Source: Eledone cirrhosa (taxonomy: Eukaryota). From it: DNA of 64,000 nt. The notes beneath the pieces were generated by a model that was not told the DNA's origin, made no database searches, and saw only the letters and a program-made list of their open reading frames with translations. The stretch spans positions 32,426,001 through 32,490,000 of the forward strand of contig OZ024755.1 of the NCBI GenBank assembly GCA_964016885.1, read 5' to 3'. Position numbers and translations under genes: made by a program. Below are positions 1 through 12,144 of this stretch, piece after piece. Position 1 is the first letter of the stretch. Each line of letters opens with the position of its first letter.

Positions 1-158
1 ATTACCTCACATAATATCAAATCTATGAGATTCTGATATTATTTATTTTGAGAACAACACCTTAACATTAGTATGAGTGGCTGATTACAGCAGGTTTGAA
101 CAGAAAGAGGTGAAAGAATTCTGGCTGAATATGGCCAGTTTAAATGCTAAAGGCTTAA
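1..158. mobile_element. piggyBac-like MITE, partial (cut by window edge)
   Basis: Same internal sequence as the 51820-52033 copy; ends TAAATGCTAAAGGC-TTAA. Confidence 0.7.
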
Positions 159-440
159 ACATTATTGATCACATGATGTCTAGCAAAATTGTACAAAGCC
201 AGTTTGTTATTCAAATTCCATTGAGATTAACTTTACTTTTCATCCTTACGGGGTCGATAAAATAAAGTACCAGTAATGCACTGGGATAATTGCTGGCCTT
301 GTGCTAAAAGTTTGTTATGTATAAAGCAATATTATTTCCATATCATATGTATTTACATATAAATGTACAACTAAATTTGGTGTAAAACCTGCTAAATTGA
401 TTGAATAGCAGGACATCACTTTCTTGTAGAAAAAAATATA

Positions 441-634
441 TAATTGTTTCTACTTTTGGCACAAGGCCAGCAATTACCCCAGTGCATTACTGGTACTTTA
501 TTTTTATCGACTCCGTAAGGATGAAAGGCAAAGTTAACCTTGGCGGGATTTGAACTCAGAATGGCAAGGGCCGTAACTCTTTGCGTCAAAGCATGGCGTC
601 CGAGCCTCTACCGACACTGCCAATCCACCGCCCT
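441..634 (-). mobile_element. tRNA-derived SINE family A, full length
   Basis: Minus strand has A-box TGGCAGTGTCGG and B-box GAGTTCAAATCC, body CCTTTCATCCTTACGG..TCGATAAAA and a 3' AAACAATTA tail; flanked by direct repeat cttgtagaaaaaaatatat. More than 20 related copies in the window. Confidence 0.85.
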
Positions 635-1671
635 TGTAGAAAAAAATATATGACAGCATTATTACTCTAATCCTTACGGGGTCGATAAAATAAAGTACCA
701 GTAATGTACTGGGATAATTGCTGGCCTTGTGCCAAACGTAGAAACAATTGTTACTCTAATTTGATTGTAGATTTTCATAGCAGCAGTGATCATTGGCCAC
801 TGCTGACTCCAAGTCGGTTGACTACAACTGCCTATCATGGCTTTCTGCTACTCCCTCATACCTATTTGCTCACCTTGTTAGCCTCTATCTCTCTCTTTCA
901 TCTTTACATAGCTCTCAATATATGCCACCACAATTCACACACTTTATTCTGTTCAGTCTTTCACATTATTCATCTCTATGTAAAAATTTGTAGTCTACAA
1001 TCGCTGCTTTAATCAATTTGATCGTTATTTTGTTAGCCTCATGATTTCAACAAATCCTCTTTAGATTTGAATGTAGTTTTAAATTTGATATTTGACAAAT
1101 AAATAACTCTATTTTATGCAACAAATGATTTCTTTATCTCCGTTCACTTTGTGTTTGCTTTTTGTCAAAATCTAAATTAAGTGAATATGGATGAAATGAA
1201 GCTTTTCCAAGAACTCTCACACATGCTGGCAGCCATGTACTCATTACAGAGTTACAATTGAATCAACTCCTCACGGTAAGATACATTGAATTTATCACAA
1301 TATAAATCTTACAGTCACATTTTCTTCATATTTCATTTCATATTCATTTTACATGCAGTAAAGTGACACACATGCTTGCATGTACAAACACACTCTCACA
1401 TACACACAAACACACAAACATACACATACATAACCACACTTTATATATGATGGGCTTCCTTAAAGTTTCTGTCTACAAAATTCAATTAGAAAGCATGGGT
1501 TTGCCTGATGCTATAGAACAAGATACTTGCCTAAGGAGCTGTACAATTGGGTGGAATCTGAAATCATGTGGTTGCAAAGCAAGAATCTAAACCACACAGC
1601 CATACCTATGTTAGTAGTATCAAATATCATTTTTAAATATTTTCACAAGCAGGAAAAAGTGTAAATAGAAG

Positions 1672-1920
1672 TCATCATCATCATCATCATCGTTTAACAT
1701 CCATCTTCCACGCTAGCATCGGTTAGACGGTTTTGTCCCACTTGAGGCAAGATTGGTCAGGAGACCGTTTCTCGCTTGTATAGGACTGTATCTGGCAGGT
1801 TTTCTACAGCAGGATGCTCTTCCTAACACCAACCACATTTACAGTGTGGACTGGGAGCTTTTTTACCGTGTCTCCTACATGACCACTTTCTTTATAGCGT
1901 GGACTGGGTGCTTTTTGTGT
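1672..1920 (-). mobile_element. RTE-type LINE 3' tail or non-autonomous derivative with (GAT)n end
   Basis: Matches the 3' UTR of the RTE 3' end at 58690-59305; (CAT)n on plus strand. Confidence 0.7.
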
Positions 1921-2029
1921 TTATTACAATATATAAGTTAAAGAAGACAGCTCTAAAAGATGGTGGATTGGCAGAATTGTTAGAGCATTGGAAAAATGCC
2001 TTGTGGTATTTGTTATTGCTCTTTACATT

Positions 2030-2442
2030 CTTAGCATTTACATTACTCTATATATACTATTGTATTTCTGTGGTAAAGGCTTTACCTCATATAATTATCT
2101 AAAATAATATTGAATCTATGAGATTATGATGTTATTTATTTTGAGAATAATACCTTAACACCAGTATGAGTGGCCAGATAGAGCTGGTTTTAACAGAAAG
2201 AGGTGAGAGAATTCTGGCCAGATACGACAGGTTTAACTCTTTAGCATTTACATTACTCTATATATACTATTGTATTTTTGTGGTAAAGTCTTTACCTCAC
2301 GTAATATAGAATCTATGAGATTTTGATATTTATTTTGAGAACAATACCTTAACACCAGTGTGAGTGGCCAGTTACAGCTGGTTTGAACAGAAAGAGGTGA
2401 GAGAATTCTTGGCAGATATGGCAGGTTTAAACACTAAAGGGT
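2030..2442. mobile_element. Two tandem piggyBac-like MITE copies
   Basis: Two consecutive ~205-bp copies of the TTAGCATTTA...CTAAAGGG family, joined at a TTAA near 2233. Confidence 0.7.
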
Positions 2443-2584
2443 ACAGGAGGTATACTATTGGATGAAGATGAACAAATCTTTATTTTTTTGTGTGAAAACT
2501 CAAAAGTAATCTGTAAAATTTACATCAGATGTAGATAAATATTTTGTGGAAAACAAACACAGCACTGAAATTAATTCATATAAA

Positions 2585-2930
2585 GTGTACTATAACTCAT
2601 CAAAGGTGCATGTATAGTACATAGAGTAATTGTTTCCCCAGTGCATTATTGGTACTTTATTTTATCGACCCTGTAAGGATGAAAGGCAAAGTTAACCTCA
2701 AAGGGATTTGAACTCAGAACGTAAAGTGCCATAACTCTATGCTGCAAAGCATGGTGTCTGACGCTCTACCAATACTGCCAATCCAAAATGTCAGGAAAGT
2801 AAACACTGTATGAGTCCTAATATACACACAAACACATGCGTGGAGGGGGAATATCAGGTGTGGTTTTAGCGAATTTCGGAAAGCATGGAAGTTTTGAAGG
2901 ATGTAGTGGTGTCCTGACAGCTAACCTCTG
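2585..2930 (-). mobile_element. CR1-like LINE 3' end interrupted by a SINE-A fragment
   Basis: Reverse complement matches 16520-16750; SINE-A piece at about 2635-2785. Confidence 0.7.
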
Positions 2931-3495
2931 ATTTATGGAACTTTACCACTCGTCGTACAAAGAGAGGCAGTGTAGAGTATAACTTCAATTTGCTAGACAT
3001 TGTTTTCATGCAAAAGATGAACTTGTGTTATCTTTTGGAGACCTCGGCCAACTAGTGAGACAAGTTGCAAGCCATCCTGTCCAGATGTCATTGCCAGAGA
3101 TTCTGAATATAAAGTGTGAGACGTTGGTTTGGAAATGTAGGATTGTGATCTCTGGGGAGGTGTTGTGAGTTCTGTTTTGACTGGGGTTGCCAAATGATTA
3201 ATGATGCATGAATAGTTAACTGTCAATTTAATAAGAAAGTTATTGTAAATTAATGATTGATGTATATCATTAGAAAAAAACCACATAAGTTTAGGTATGT
3301 ACAAAGAAGTAGAAAAATATTATTTTATCTAGTTGAATGAATTGTCCGTAGTGTGGGAAGATTTAGCTTTTGTGATTTCAAGAAAGTAAAACACAGGAAA
3401 ATTAGCAGCAAATAGAAGCTTAAAGGGTACATTTAGTTTAGTATTGTGTAAAGAAAAGAATAGAAAATGAAAATAGTATAGCACATTATATATAT

Positions 3496-4045
3496 ATCAT
3501 CATCATCATTGTTTAACGTCTATCTTCCACGCTAGCATGGGTTAGACAGGAGTTGTCCCACTTGAGGTAAGATTGGTCGGGTGACCGTGTCTCGCTCATA
3601 TAGGACTATGTGGCAGGTTATCTACGGCTGGATGCCCATCCTAACACCAACCACATTTACAGTGTGGGCTGGAAACTTTTTACCGTGTTACCTACATGAC
3701 CACATTACAGCATGGACTGTATTTTATTTTTACACCTACATGATCTCATTAGTTTGGACTGGATGTTGTGGTACCAACGTAACTTTATAGAGAAAGGGTG
3801 GTGTTGGTGGGAGTGGGAGGATGGAGGATGGAGTAGGTTGGGGTGTATATTTGTTTTGGAGGGGCCTACTAACTGTAGGTTAACTTTGCACGTAGGGAAG
3901 GCGGGTCTTCTGTATTACTGCATGGCGCCAAAGATCTCGGTCCAGTGACATTGTCTTAGAGAGGTGCAAGTGTGCAAGGTCAGAATTAATCAGGTCATCC
4001 CAGGTTTTTCTGGGTCTACCTATTCCGTAACTTCCATCAATTTTG
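3496..4045 (-). mobile_element. RTE LINE 3' end
   Basis: GRPRKTWDD-like coding remnant, shared 3' UTR, (GAT)n tail. Confidence 0.7.
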
Positions 4046-4063
4046 ATATATATACATATATAT

Positions 4064-4341
4064 AAAACGAGGAAGTTTTGTTTACATATGAAAAATATTT
4101 ATTGCCTATCAACCTGTTATGTGCATTTCACAGAGGATTGGCTCAAGGTGACCCATAGGATATCTTTTGGTTTAAGGTGACCCAAAAGATATCTTTTGTC
4201 GCACCACCAGTCTGAGGACCAGATCTATACTGGAGTCAGGTCCACAACTCCTATGGGTCATCTTGAGCCAATCCTCTGTGAAACACGCGTAAAGGGTTGA
4301 TACTGAATAAATATTTTTCATATGTCAATGAAACTTCCTTG

Positions 4342-4345
<4 letters not shown>
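4064..4345. mobile_element. Palindromic Penelope-like (pLTR-type) cassette
   Basis: Inverted arms about 4066-4160 and 4249-4343 between (TA)n and (CT)n(TA)n; right arm has GAAACACGCGTA and AATAAA. Confidence 0.55.
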
Positions 4346-4394
<49 letters not shown>

Positions 4395-4535
4395 TTATAT
4401 GTGTGTTCAGAGGAGATTGTTTTGGTAAAAACGGGAGTAAGCAGGAGAAAGCTCTCAACAATCGTAGTTTTTAGTTACGATGGAGAATTTTATAAAAATG
4501 ACAAAATAAGATGCTGAGGTTACATATATCGTTTA

Positions 4536-4624
4536 ATCATTATAATTATTTCCACGGTTCTCCATGCAATCGAAATATCTTTCATGCATTTGTTGTTGCT
4601 ATGAGAACGGTATCCTCAGATGAT
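4536..4624 (-). ncRNA. Type I hammerhead ribozyme motif
   Basis: ATCAT-CTGAGGA-long stem II (TACCGTTCTC/GAGAACCGTG)-GAAA-TAATTA-TA-ATGAT; palindromic stem III loop. Confidence 0.7.
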
Positions 4625-4719
4625 ATCCGATATGTTTGATATGTTGCTGGCAGGAAAAAACACATGAAGGACATCTCGATTGCATGGAGAACCGTGGAAA
4701 TATAAACTTTAATAAAGTA

Positions 4720-5085
4720 AGGACTGCAGGACTGCATACGGTTTATTTCTTTTAATCCAGTTAGTAAAATAAATGTCACTCCTGGTAGAGCCGCTACTTC
4801 TCTGAATTGAGAGATCACAACTCTGATATTATGAGCATGTGGCTAGAGTGTCTCAGTAAAGAATCGCTGGACACATTTTACAGGCAAAACCAACCGGCAA
4901 GAGACCCAGAGGTAGACCCTGAGCAAGATAGTTGGATAACATCCATGAGCTTGGCTGGTCACGCTTTGGGATCTAGCTGGATCAGTTAGAGATGTTTGCT
5001 ACTGACAGACTCGCTGGAAGGAGTGTTTGAGAAGGACTCTGCCCCCACGACCTTCTCAGAAATAAGTGGGCGAAGAAGAAGAAGA
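4720..5085 (+). mobile_element. LINE 3' end with (GAA)n tail
   Basis: PTGKRPRGRP coding remnant near 4890-4920, ending GAAGAAGAAGAAG. Confidence 0.55.
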
Positions 5086-5232
5086 TATTGTCAATTTACT
5101 TTTCAATTTACATATATATATTTGCGTATAATACCAATATGCACACTACATATGCTAGCAGAAAACCACCTAAAGGGCGATTTTTCTGCTAGTAATTATA
5201 ATGATTAAATGATACATATAACCTCAGCATCT

Positions 5233-5790
5233 TTGCCCATGGGAACTTCTATACGCTGATGATCTAACTCTCATAGCTGAATCGATGGCTGAACTAGAGA
5301 AGAAATTCCAAACATGGAAGCATGGCCTAGAATCAAAAGGCCTTAAAGTTAACTAGTCTAAGACTAAAGTTCTAGTATGTAGAAAGGAAAATAGGGTACA
5401 GGTCCCCTCTGGGAAATGGCCATGCTCAGTGTGTAGGAAAGGAGTAGGCATAAATACCATTTTATGTCCCAAATGCAAACTATGGGTACATGAAAGATGT
5501 AGTGGGATCACAGGTAAGCTATCTAAGAACGTAGATTTTATATTTTGCCGATGCTCACGTACAATAAGTAGCAAGTGCCCACAGGATACTAGCTCCTTCT
5601 ATTGCCCAGATGGTTCTATAGAAATAGTGGACACCTTACGTTACCTGGGTGACAAGATCAGCAGTGGTGGAGGGTGCTCTGAAAGTACAGTAGCTAGAGT
5701 CAGAACGGGATGGAAAAAGTCCAGAGAGCTTATACCACTATTGGCCACTAAAGGTTTCTCTCTAAAAATGAAAGGCAGATTGTATGATGG
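5233..5790 (+). pseudogene. RTE-clade reverse transcriptase fragment with embedded PHD-like finger
   Basis: PWELLYADDL...GLKVN*SKTKVL...CSVC..CPKC..VHERC...LRYLG...ARVRTGWKK; contains an in-frame stop. Confidence 0.85.
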
Positions 5791-5846
5791 GTTCTCCTAC
5801 ATGGATATAAAGTAGTGGCCGTACTCGAAAACGAGTTGGCAGCCAC

Positions 5847-5908
<62 letters not shown>

Positions 5909-6608
5909 AACACACACCCATAAATAATATCAACATCTCATAAATTTGGTATTATGTGAGATAATTATGTGAGATAAAGTCTTTACCACAAAAATACAAT
6001 AGTATATATAGAGTAATGTAAATGCTAAAGGGTTAAAGTCTGCCCAATTCTTAATATTATTCCATCTGTCATACTTAGTTTTTCTCTTTTCCCATTCTGG
6101 GATATTTAATAAGCCTAAATTGCATATATGGAATTTATTTTGAAACATATTATGTTCAAATAATTTGTATCATAAATTGTACCAAATATATTAATTTTGA
6201 ATTATATTATTTTTTTTATTCATTTTCTTTTAAACTTTCCTGTATGTACTATATATTATTCTCATAAATTCTATTTATTTTGAATTGTATTATGTTATGT
6301 TACAATATATATTAAATTGTAGTAAGATAAATTGTATTAAATGTTATTAAATTATATTTGTATTCCTCTCTGTTTCAGCTCTAAATTGAAATTTTAAATT
6401 GAAAAAAAAAACAAACAAAAAACGATGGGATGGTTGGTGATACATATGTTTTCTCAATTAGGGTTTGACCTGTCATTAAATTCCTTAAAAATGCCAGGAT
6501 GGTCATTGCTAGAACATTTTTCCTTATTGTATTTCTAATGAAATACACAGTATTTCAATCAGTTAATGAAATATTTGTGTGAAATTTACAACATAAGTTA
6601 ACAAAACA

Positions 6609-6881
6609 TTCTTGTGTGAAAAGAAATAGGATTTCGCTTCAAGCATAGCTTTATACAATATGTATAAATATTTCGTATCTCCAAAGAAATATGGTTTTAG
6701 GAAGCCGTAGCTATGCAAACACCGGGGGGTGGGGCTAACGCCCTCTGGTGATGCCCAGCAGAAGCAAAAAGTATATATTCTCACCTGTCTTCTAGTCCAG
6801 CAGTCACAAGCGGTGTTTGCATAGCTACAGCTTCCTAAAACCGTATTTCTTTGGAGATACAAAATATTTATTCTTGTGTGA
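6609..6881. mobile_element. Hairpin (foldback) insertion with 12-bp direct repeats
   Basis: Inverted arms about 6666-6725 and 6811-6869; ATTCTTGTGTGA on both sides. Confidence 0.5.
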
Positions 6882-7128
6882 TTTTTATTTCATAGAAACA
6901 GAACCAACTTTGGGCAGTTTGCTATTGAAACAGATGGTCACGTATATAACAATTTTGATCAAATTTTTCTCAATCAGGGCTGAGCTGCAGCTAAACATAG
7001 ATACACTTGTGTTGAAACTTGTATATTTTATGCACACGTATCAAAAGCTTTCTGTATTAGACTGGATGCTTCTTATCTTTACAAGAGCACACACACACAT
7101 GCACACACACACACCCACACTGTCCGAA

Positions 7129-7265
7129 CTGAAGAAGGACTTCTGTCCGAAATGTTGAAACCTCCTCCACGTCCACCAAATGTGAAGCTAATATAACTGA
7201 GTAAAAATTGCCTCCTGTAATATGTAATAAAAAGATGTACACATAAAACCGTCTCTCTTATTCAT
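7129..7265 (+). mobile_element. Penelope-like pLTR remnant with HHR core
   Basis: CTGAAGA-AGGAC-TTCT-GTCC-GAAA followed by AATAAA and (TA)n; no clear stem I. Confidence 0.5.
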
Positions 7266-7289
7266 AATATATATATATATATATATATA

Positions 7290-7535
7290 TAGGATAACAA
7301 GGTATCGTTTAAGGTAATCCAGCTAGAGGTTGTGAGTACTCTGTGTTGAGGATAGTTTTAATATAGGGCGTTGTTTGACTCAACAAGAAGTTTCCTTAGT
7401 CGGGTGTAGCTAAGGTCGAGTGACGTAACTACTAGCGATCAGCGGCTTTTAGACTCACCTGATTAAAGAAACAATTGTTAATACTGTAAATAAACCCTAT
7501 TGTACAGCTGACCATGTTATTCTTCATTCTTTTGC
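7290..7535. mobile_element. Penelope-like cassette between (TA)n tracts
   Basis: Related to 28872-29148, with one half inverted relative to that copy. Confidence 0.5.
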
Positions 7536-7554
7536 TATATATATATATATATAT

Positions 7555-7901
7555 CATCATCATTTTCATCATCATCATTTTACGTCCGCTTTTCCCTGCT
7601 TGCAAGGGTGGGATGGGAACTGATTCTGGCTTGATTTCTACAGCTGGATGCCCTTCCTAACACCAACCTCATTTACAGTGAGTGCTGGGTGCTTTTTTTG
7701 CCGTGGCACCTCCACGACCACTTTGCAGTGGAATGATAGGGACCCCAGTCCCTATCATCTCATTTCTACAGCTGAGTAAACTGGAGCAATGTGAAATAAA
7801 GTGTCTTGCTCAAGGAAACAACACATCACACAGTCTGAGAATTGAACTCACAACCTTTTGATTGCAAGGCCAATGCTCTAACCACTAAGCCATGTGCCTC
7901 C
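7555..7901 (-). mobile_element. tRNA-derived SINE family B (CORE-like middle, RTE-derived tail)
   Basis: Head GGAGGCACATGGCTTAGTGGTTAGAGC, B-box GAGTTCAATTC, TCCTTGAGCAAGACACTT, RTE 3' UTR, (GAT)n. Confidence 0.85.
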
Positions 7902-7949
7902 ATTATATATATAAACAAATGCAGCCTCCATATATATATATATAAACAA

Positions 7950-8300
7950 ATGCAGAAGCGAAGTGTGCTCAATGCTTGGGTTAGCAGAGTTAAATATTAG
8001 AGAGGATTTAATATTTAGTAGATTGTTCAAGCAGAGCAGGTATGAATAAATGAATAAAGGAGTTACCAACCCTTAAAACAAGTTCTTTATATAAAGAACT
8101 TGTTTAACTCCTTCAATCATTCATTTATTCATACCCGCTCTGCTTGAACAATCTACTAAATATTAAATCCTCTCTAATATTTAACTCTGCTAACCCAAGC
8201 ATTGAGCACACTTCGCTTCTGCTATTGGCATTTAATAATCTGTATCACTCTTCTCTGTACTTCTCTGCTTCCTCCTCTCCTATGATACATATTTCCTATT
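7950..8300. mobile_element. Palindromic cassette in (TA)n
   Basis: Near-perfect arms about 7951-8065 and 8105-8222, central hairpin AAACAAGTTCTTTATATAAAGAACTTGTTT, unique right tail. Confidence 0.6.
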
Positions 8301-8607
8301 ATATATATATATACCATCATCACCATTTTACGTCCATTCTTCAAGGCTAGCATGGGTTAGACAGGTTGTCCTGTTGTGGGCAGTGTCTGGTCGCCTGACC
8401 TTGTCTTGCTCATACGGGAACTGATTCTGGCTTGATTTCTACAGCTGGATGCCATTTCTAACACCAACCTCATTTACAGTGAGTGCTGGGTGCTTTTTTT
8501 TCCATGGCTCCTACACAACCACTTTGCAGTGGAATGATAGGGACCCCAGCCCCTATCATCTCATTTCTACAGCTGAGTAAACTGGAGCAATGTGATATAT
8601 ATATATA

Positions 8608-8798
8608 TAGAAGTGGTTACACAACAGTTAGTTCACCATACCGAGAACAATTGTTTCACCTTAGCGGATCCTCAGCTCAGGTGAAACAATTGTTCTCGGT
8701 ATGGTGAACTAACTGTTGTGTAACCACTTCTACCTAACTCGTCCCATGGACTGAGTGCTCTACCACTACGGATATTACCTTTCAGTGTTACACCACTA
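8608..8798. mobile_element. Palindromic Penelope-like cassette with HHR 3' half
   Basis: Perfect arms about 8608-8661 and 8678-8732 containing GAAACAATTGTT; tail with GAGTGCTC; inserted in (TA)n between SINE-B pieces. Confidence 0.65.
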
Positions 8799-8804
8799 TA
8801 TATA

Positions 8805-9157
8805 TCATCATCATCATTTCATCATCATTTCATTTTACGTCCGCTTTTTCCCTGCTTGCAAGGGTGGGACGGGAACTGATTCTGGCTTGATTTCTACAGC
8901 TGGATGCCCTTCCTAACACCAACCTCATTTACAGGGAGTGCTGGGTGTTTTTTTTGCCGTGGCGCCTACACGATCGCTTTGCAGTGGAATGATAGGGACC
9001 CCAGTCCCTATCATCTCGTTTCTACAGCTGAGTAAACTGGAGCAATGGGAAATAAAGTGTCTTGCTCAAGGAAACAACACATCACCTGATCTGAGAATTG
9101 AACTCACAATCTTTCGATTGCAAAGCCAATGCTCTAACCACTAAGCCATGTGCCTCC
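8805..9157 (-). mobile_element. SINE family B
   Basis: Near-identical to 7555-7901. Confidence 0.85.
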
Positions 9158-9489
9158 ATGTATGTATATGTGTGTGTGTATGTAATAAATATGTATAAGT
9201 TAAAGAAAGGAGGAGAAGCAGTGCCCATGAACATTAGAGGCTATTCCAGACTGGTGAGATTGATACAATTGATATTACAACTACTAAGTGTACATTCCCT
9301 GAGTCAATTTGTCTCAGCTGAATAGTTATTAGCCAAAGAAAGCATGTTCAATCACCATACATAGCTATCATTTTATTGTTTATCTAGCAACTATACTATG
9401 CCAGGACAATATGCAGAGAATTTGAAAGATCATCTTATGGAATAAAAAAAAAGTTGCAAGTTAAGCATCAAGTTTCATTTATTTGACCA

Positions 9490-9850
9490 CCTCCGCCAGT
9501 TGCAGACTGCACATCAACATGAGATATCTTTCTCCACAAAGTTTGATCACGAGCAGCAGAGTTCAAAGAGCAAAGTCCAGTCCATAAGTTGACATTGTCA
9601 AGCCATCGTTTTGGCTTCTCTTACCAGCCAACTTTCCTTCCAGACATAACCTACTTATACCACAAGTTGATCTTTTTATATGACCATATAGTTTGAGTAC
9701 TCTTGACTTGACAATTGATGTAATTGTTTGTAAAAGTTTGGTAATGTTGAGCAGCTCACTGATACAGATATGGTTGCTGAGCCGCTTGCCAGTCATAAGT
9801 CTCATGATGTGGTTCGGGAATGTAGAGAGCTTCTGGAGTGACCTTGTCAT
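9490..9850 (-). pseudogene. LINE (RTE-like) ORF C-terminal fragment
   Basis: IVKSRVLKLYGHIKR...CLEGKLAGKRS; homologous to 43810-44070. Confidence 0.7.
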
Positions 9851-11074
9851 CCAATTAACACAGTCAAGACCATATAACTTATGTTATATGGTCTTGACTG
9901 TGTTAACACTTAGATGAAAATTATTGAAGAAAAAGTGATTCAAGTGTGAGACAGTCATAGCTAAGAACTTGAAATGAAATTAATACTTGGTAGTTTGGTT
10001 CCAATGTATAATGTCTTTCTCATCAAGAAATGCTGTTATCCACCAGAACCTGATAACTTCATAAAGTTATTATTTCTAACAAACTATGACACATTAATAG
10101 ACATATCCTAAGGAGAGGAGTTCTATGTGAAAACTGTTAGTTACAAACCTGATTCACCATAAAACTTCACTGCAGACATAAGAACAATACTAGATGATAG
10201 TTAATAGGACATTCCTTTAACAAAATAAGATTTTGATAATCCAATAATATAGTCTCTTGGCACCACTGCTGACATTCCAGTAGGCTTGCTGCTTCAATAT
10301 TCTATTGTATTCATCCCTCAGATATCTTAATTAAACGACATTACTGTTATCATTCCTACAAGCAACTCTATCTAGTTGTATACCCCCCTCCACACCTCGC
10401 CCCACCGCCATCTTTAATTTCTATGATTTCTTCAACTCAAGAAATCTCTTGAAATTACTGCTTGTATTTCACATGATATACAATTGACAATCTGTTCATT
10501 AATTTCTCTTGCAGTACTGTTGACTAGCAGAATAAAACAGAATTTAATATAACTGTGATTATTAATAGTCTAGCATTTCAGATTGTCAATAAAATATACA
10601 ATGAAATGAATGGGTTAAATATATGAAATACAGGGATCAACAGAAGCACTGTTGGAGGTATTATACTGACATATTTATATACTCAAGTGTCCACAAAGTT
10701 GTTGGTTGAATGATTAAGATTCTGAACAAAGGATTGAAAGGTTGAAAGTTGAAAACTCATGATAGGGAGTGAAAACAATGTGTAGTTTTAATTCTTTGAA
10801 AGCTAATATTTGATGAGAAGAGGAGAAGACTCAAGAAGACAGTAGTTCAAGTTTAGTTCAGTTCAGTTCAGTTCAGTTCATAAGAGGTGGGTTAGTAGAG
10901 AGAATCTTATTTACTTGGACTAAAAGATGGCAAATTCCTACATTTGAAAAATGAATTTTATGGTTGTTGAATAAATTTGATTGTTTCAACTCACTTGATG
11001 AGAATATCCATGGCAGCCTATTGGATTTAGCTTGAAGGTAACAGTTTCCTCCATTAATACCAGATTCAATATAA

Positions 11075-11975
11075 TTACTACCACCACCACTGCCGCCACT
11101 GCCACCAGCATCACCACCACTACAACCACCATCAACACCACCACTGCAACCACCACCATCACAAACAATCACTGCCACCACCACCATCACCACTGCCACC
11201 ACAATCCCCCCCCACCACTGCCACTACCTCCACCACCACCACCACCATAACCACCATTACCACTGCCACCACCACCACCACCACAAACAACCGTCACCAC
11301 TGCCACCACCTCCACCACCACCATTACCACTGCCACCACAAACAACAACCACCACCACTGCCACTACCACCACCACCACCACTGCCACCATCACCATAAG
11401 CAACCGCCCCCACTACCACTACCCCCACCACCACCACCACTATCACCACAACCGCCACCACTACCACTACCACCACCACCACTATCACTACAAGCAACCG
11501 CCACCACCACCACCACTACCACCACCGCAAGCAACCGCCACAACCACCACTACTACCACCACCACCACAACCACCACAAGCAGCCGCCACCACTACCACT
11601 ACCACCACAACCACCACAAGCAACCGCCACCACCACCACCACAAGCAACCGCCACCACTACCACCACCACCACAACCGCCACCACCACTACCACCACCAC
11701 TATCACCACCACCACCACAAACAACCGTCACCACTGCCACCACCACTACCACCACCACCACCACCACTGCCACCATCACCACAAGCAACCACCACCACCA
11801 CCACTATCACCACCACCACTGCCACCATCACCACAAGCAACCGCCACCACCACCACCCCAAACAACCGTCACCACCACCACCACCACCACTGCCACCATC
11901 ACCACAAGCAACCACCACCACCACAAGCAACCGCCACCACCACCACCACCACCACCACAAACAACAACCATCACA
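11075..11975. repeat. (CAC/CAY)n-rich low-complexity repeat
   Basis: Degenerate trinucleotide tract with recurrent ACAAGCAACC motifs. Confidence 0.95.
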
Positions 11976-12144
11976 ACATCTACAATGGTAGTCTGTAAAT
12001 GAGGACACTACCACTGTGACTATTGTGAAAGCTACAAACAATGTAGGTACACACAGACAGACAGTAATTCAAAAATAAAAAAAGATGGCAGTTAAAAGTA
12101 TTGAAAGGGTTCATAGTGTAAAAATACATACACATGCACACCGG

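Noticed and set aside
5255-5265. CTGATGA as a hammerhead core
   Set aside because: It is the YADD codon string of the RT
7800-7901. tRNA gene
   Set aside because: The tRNA-like head continues into a SINE body with many dispersed copies; no complete cloverleaf or terminator
9900-10340. Coding-looking unique sequence (also 33840-34340)
   Set aside because: Many stops and no motif I could recognise; needs tBLASTx
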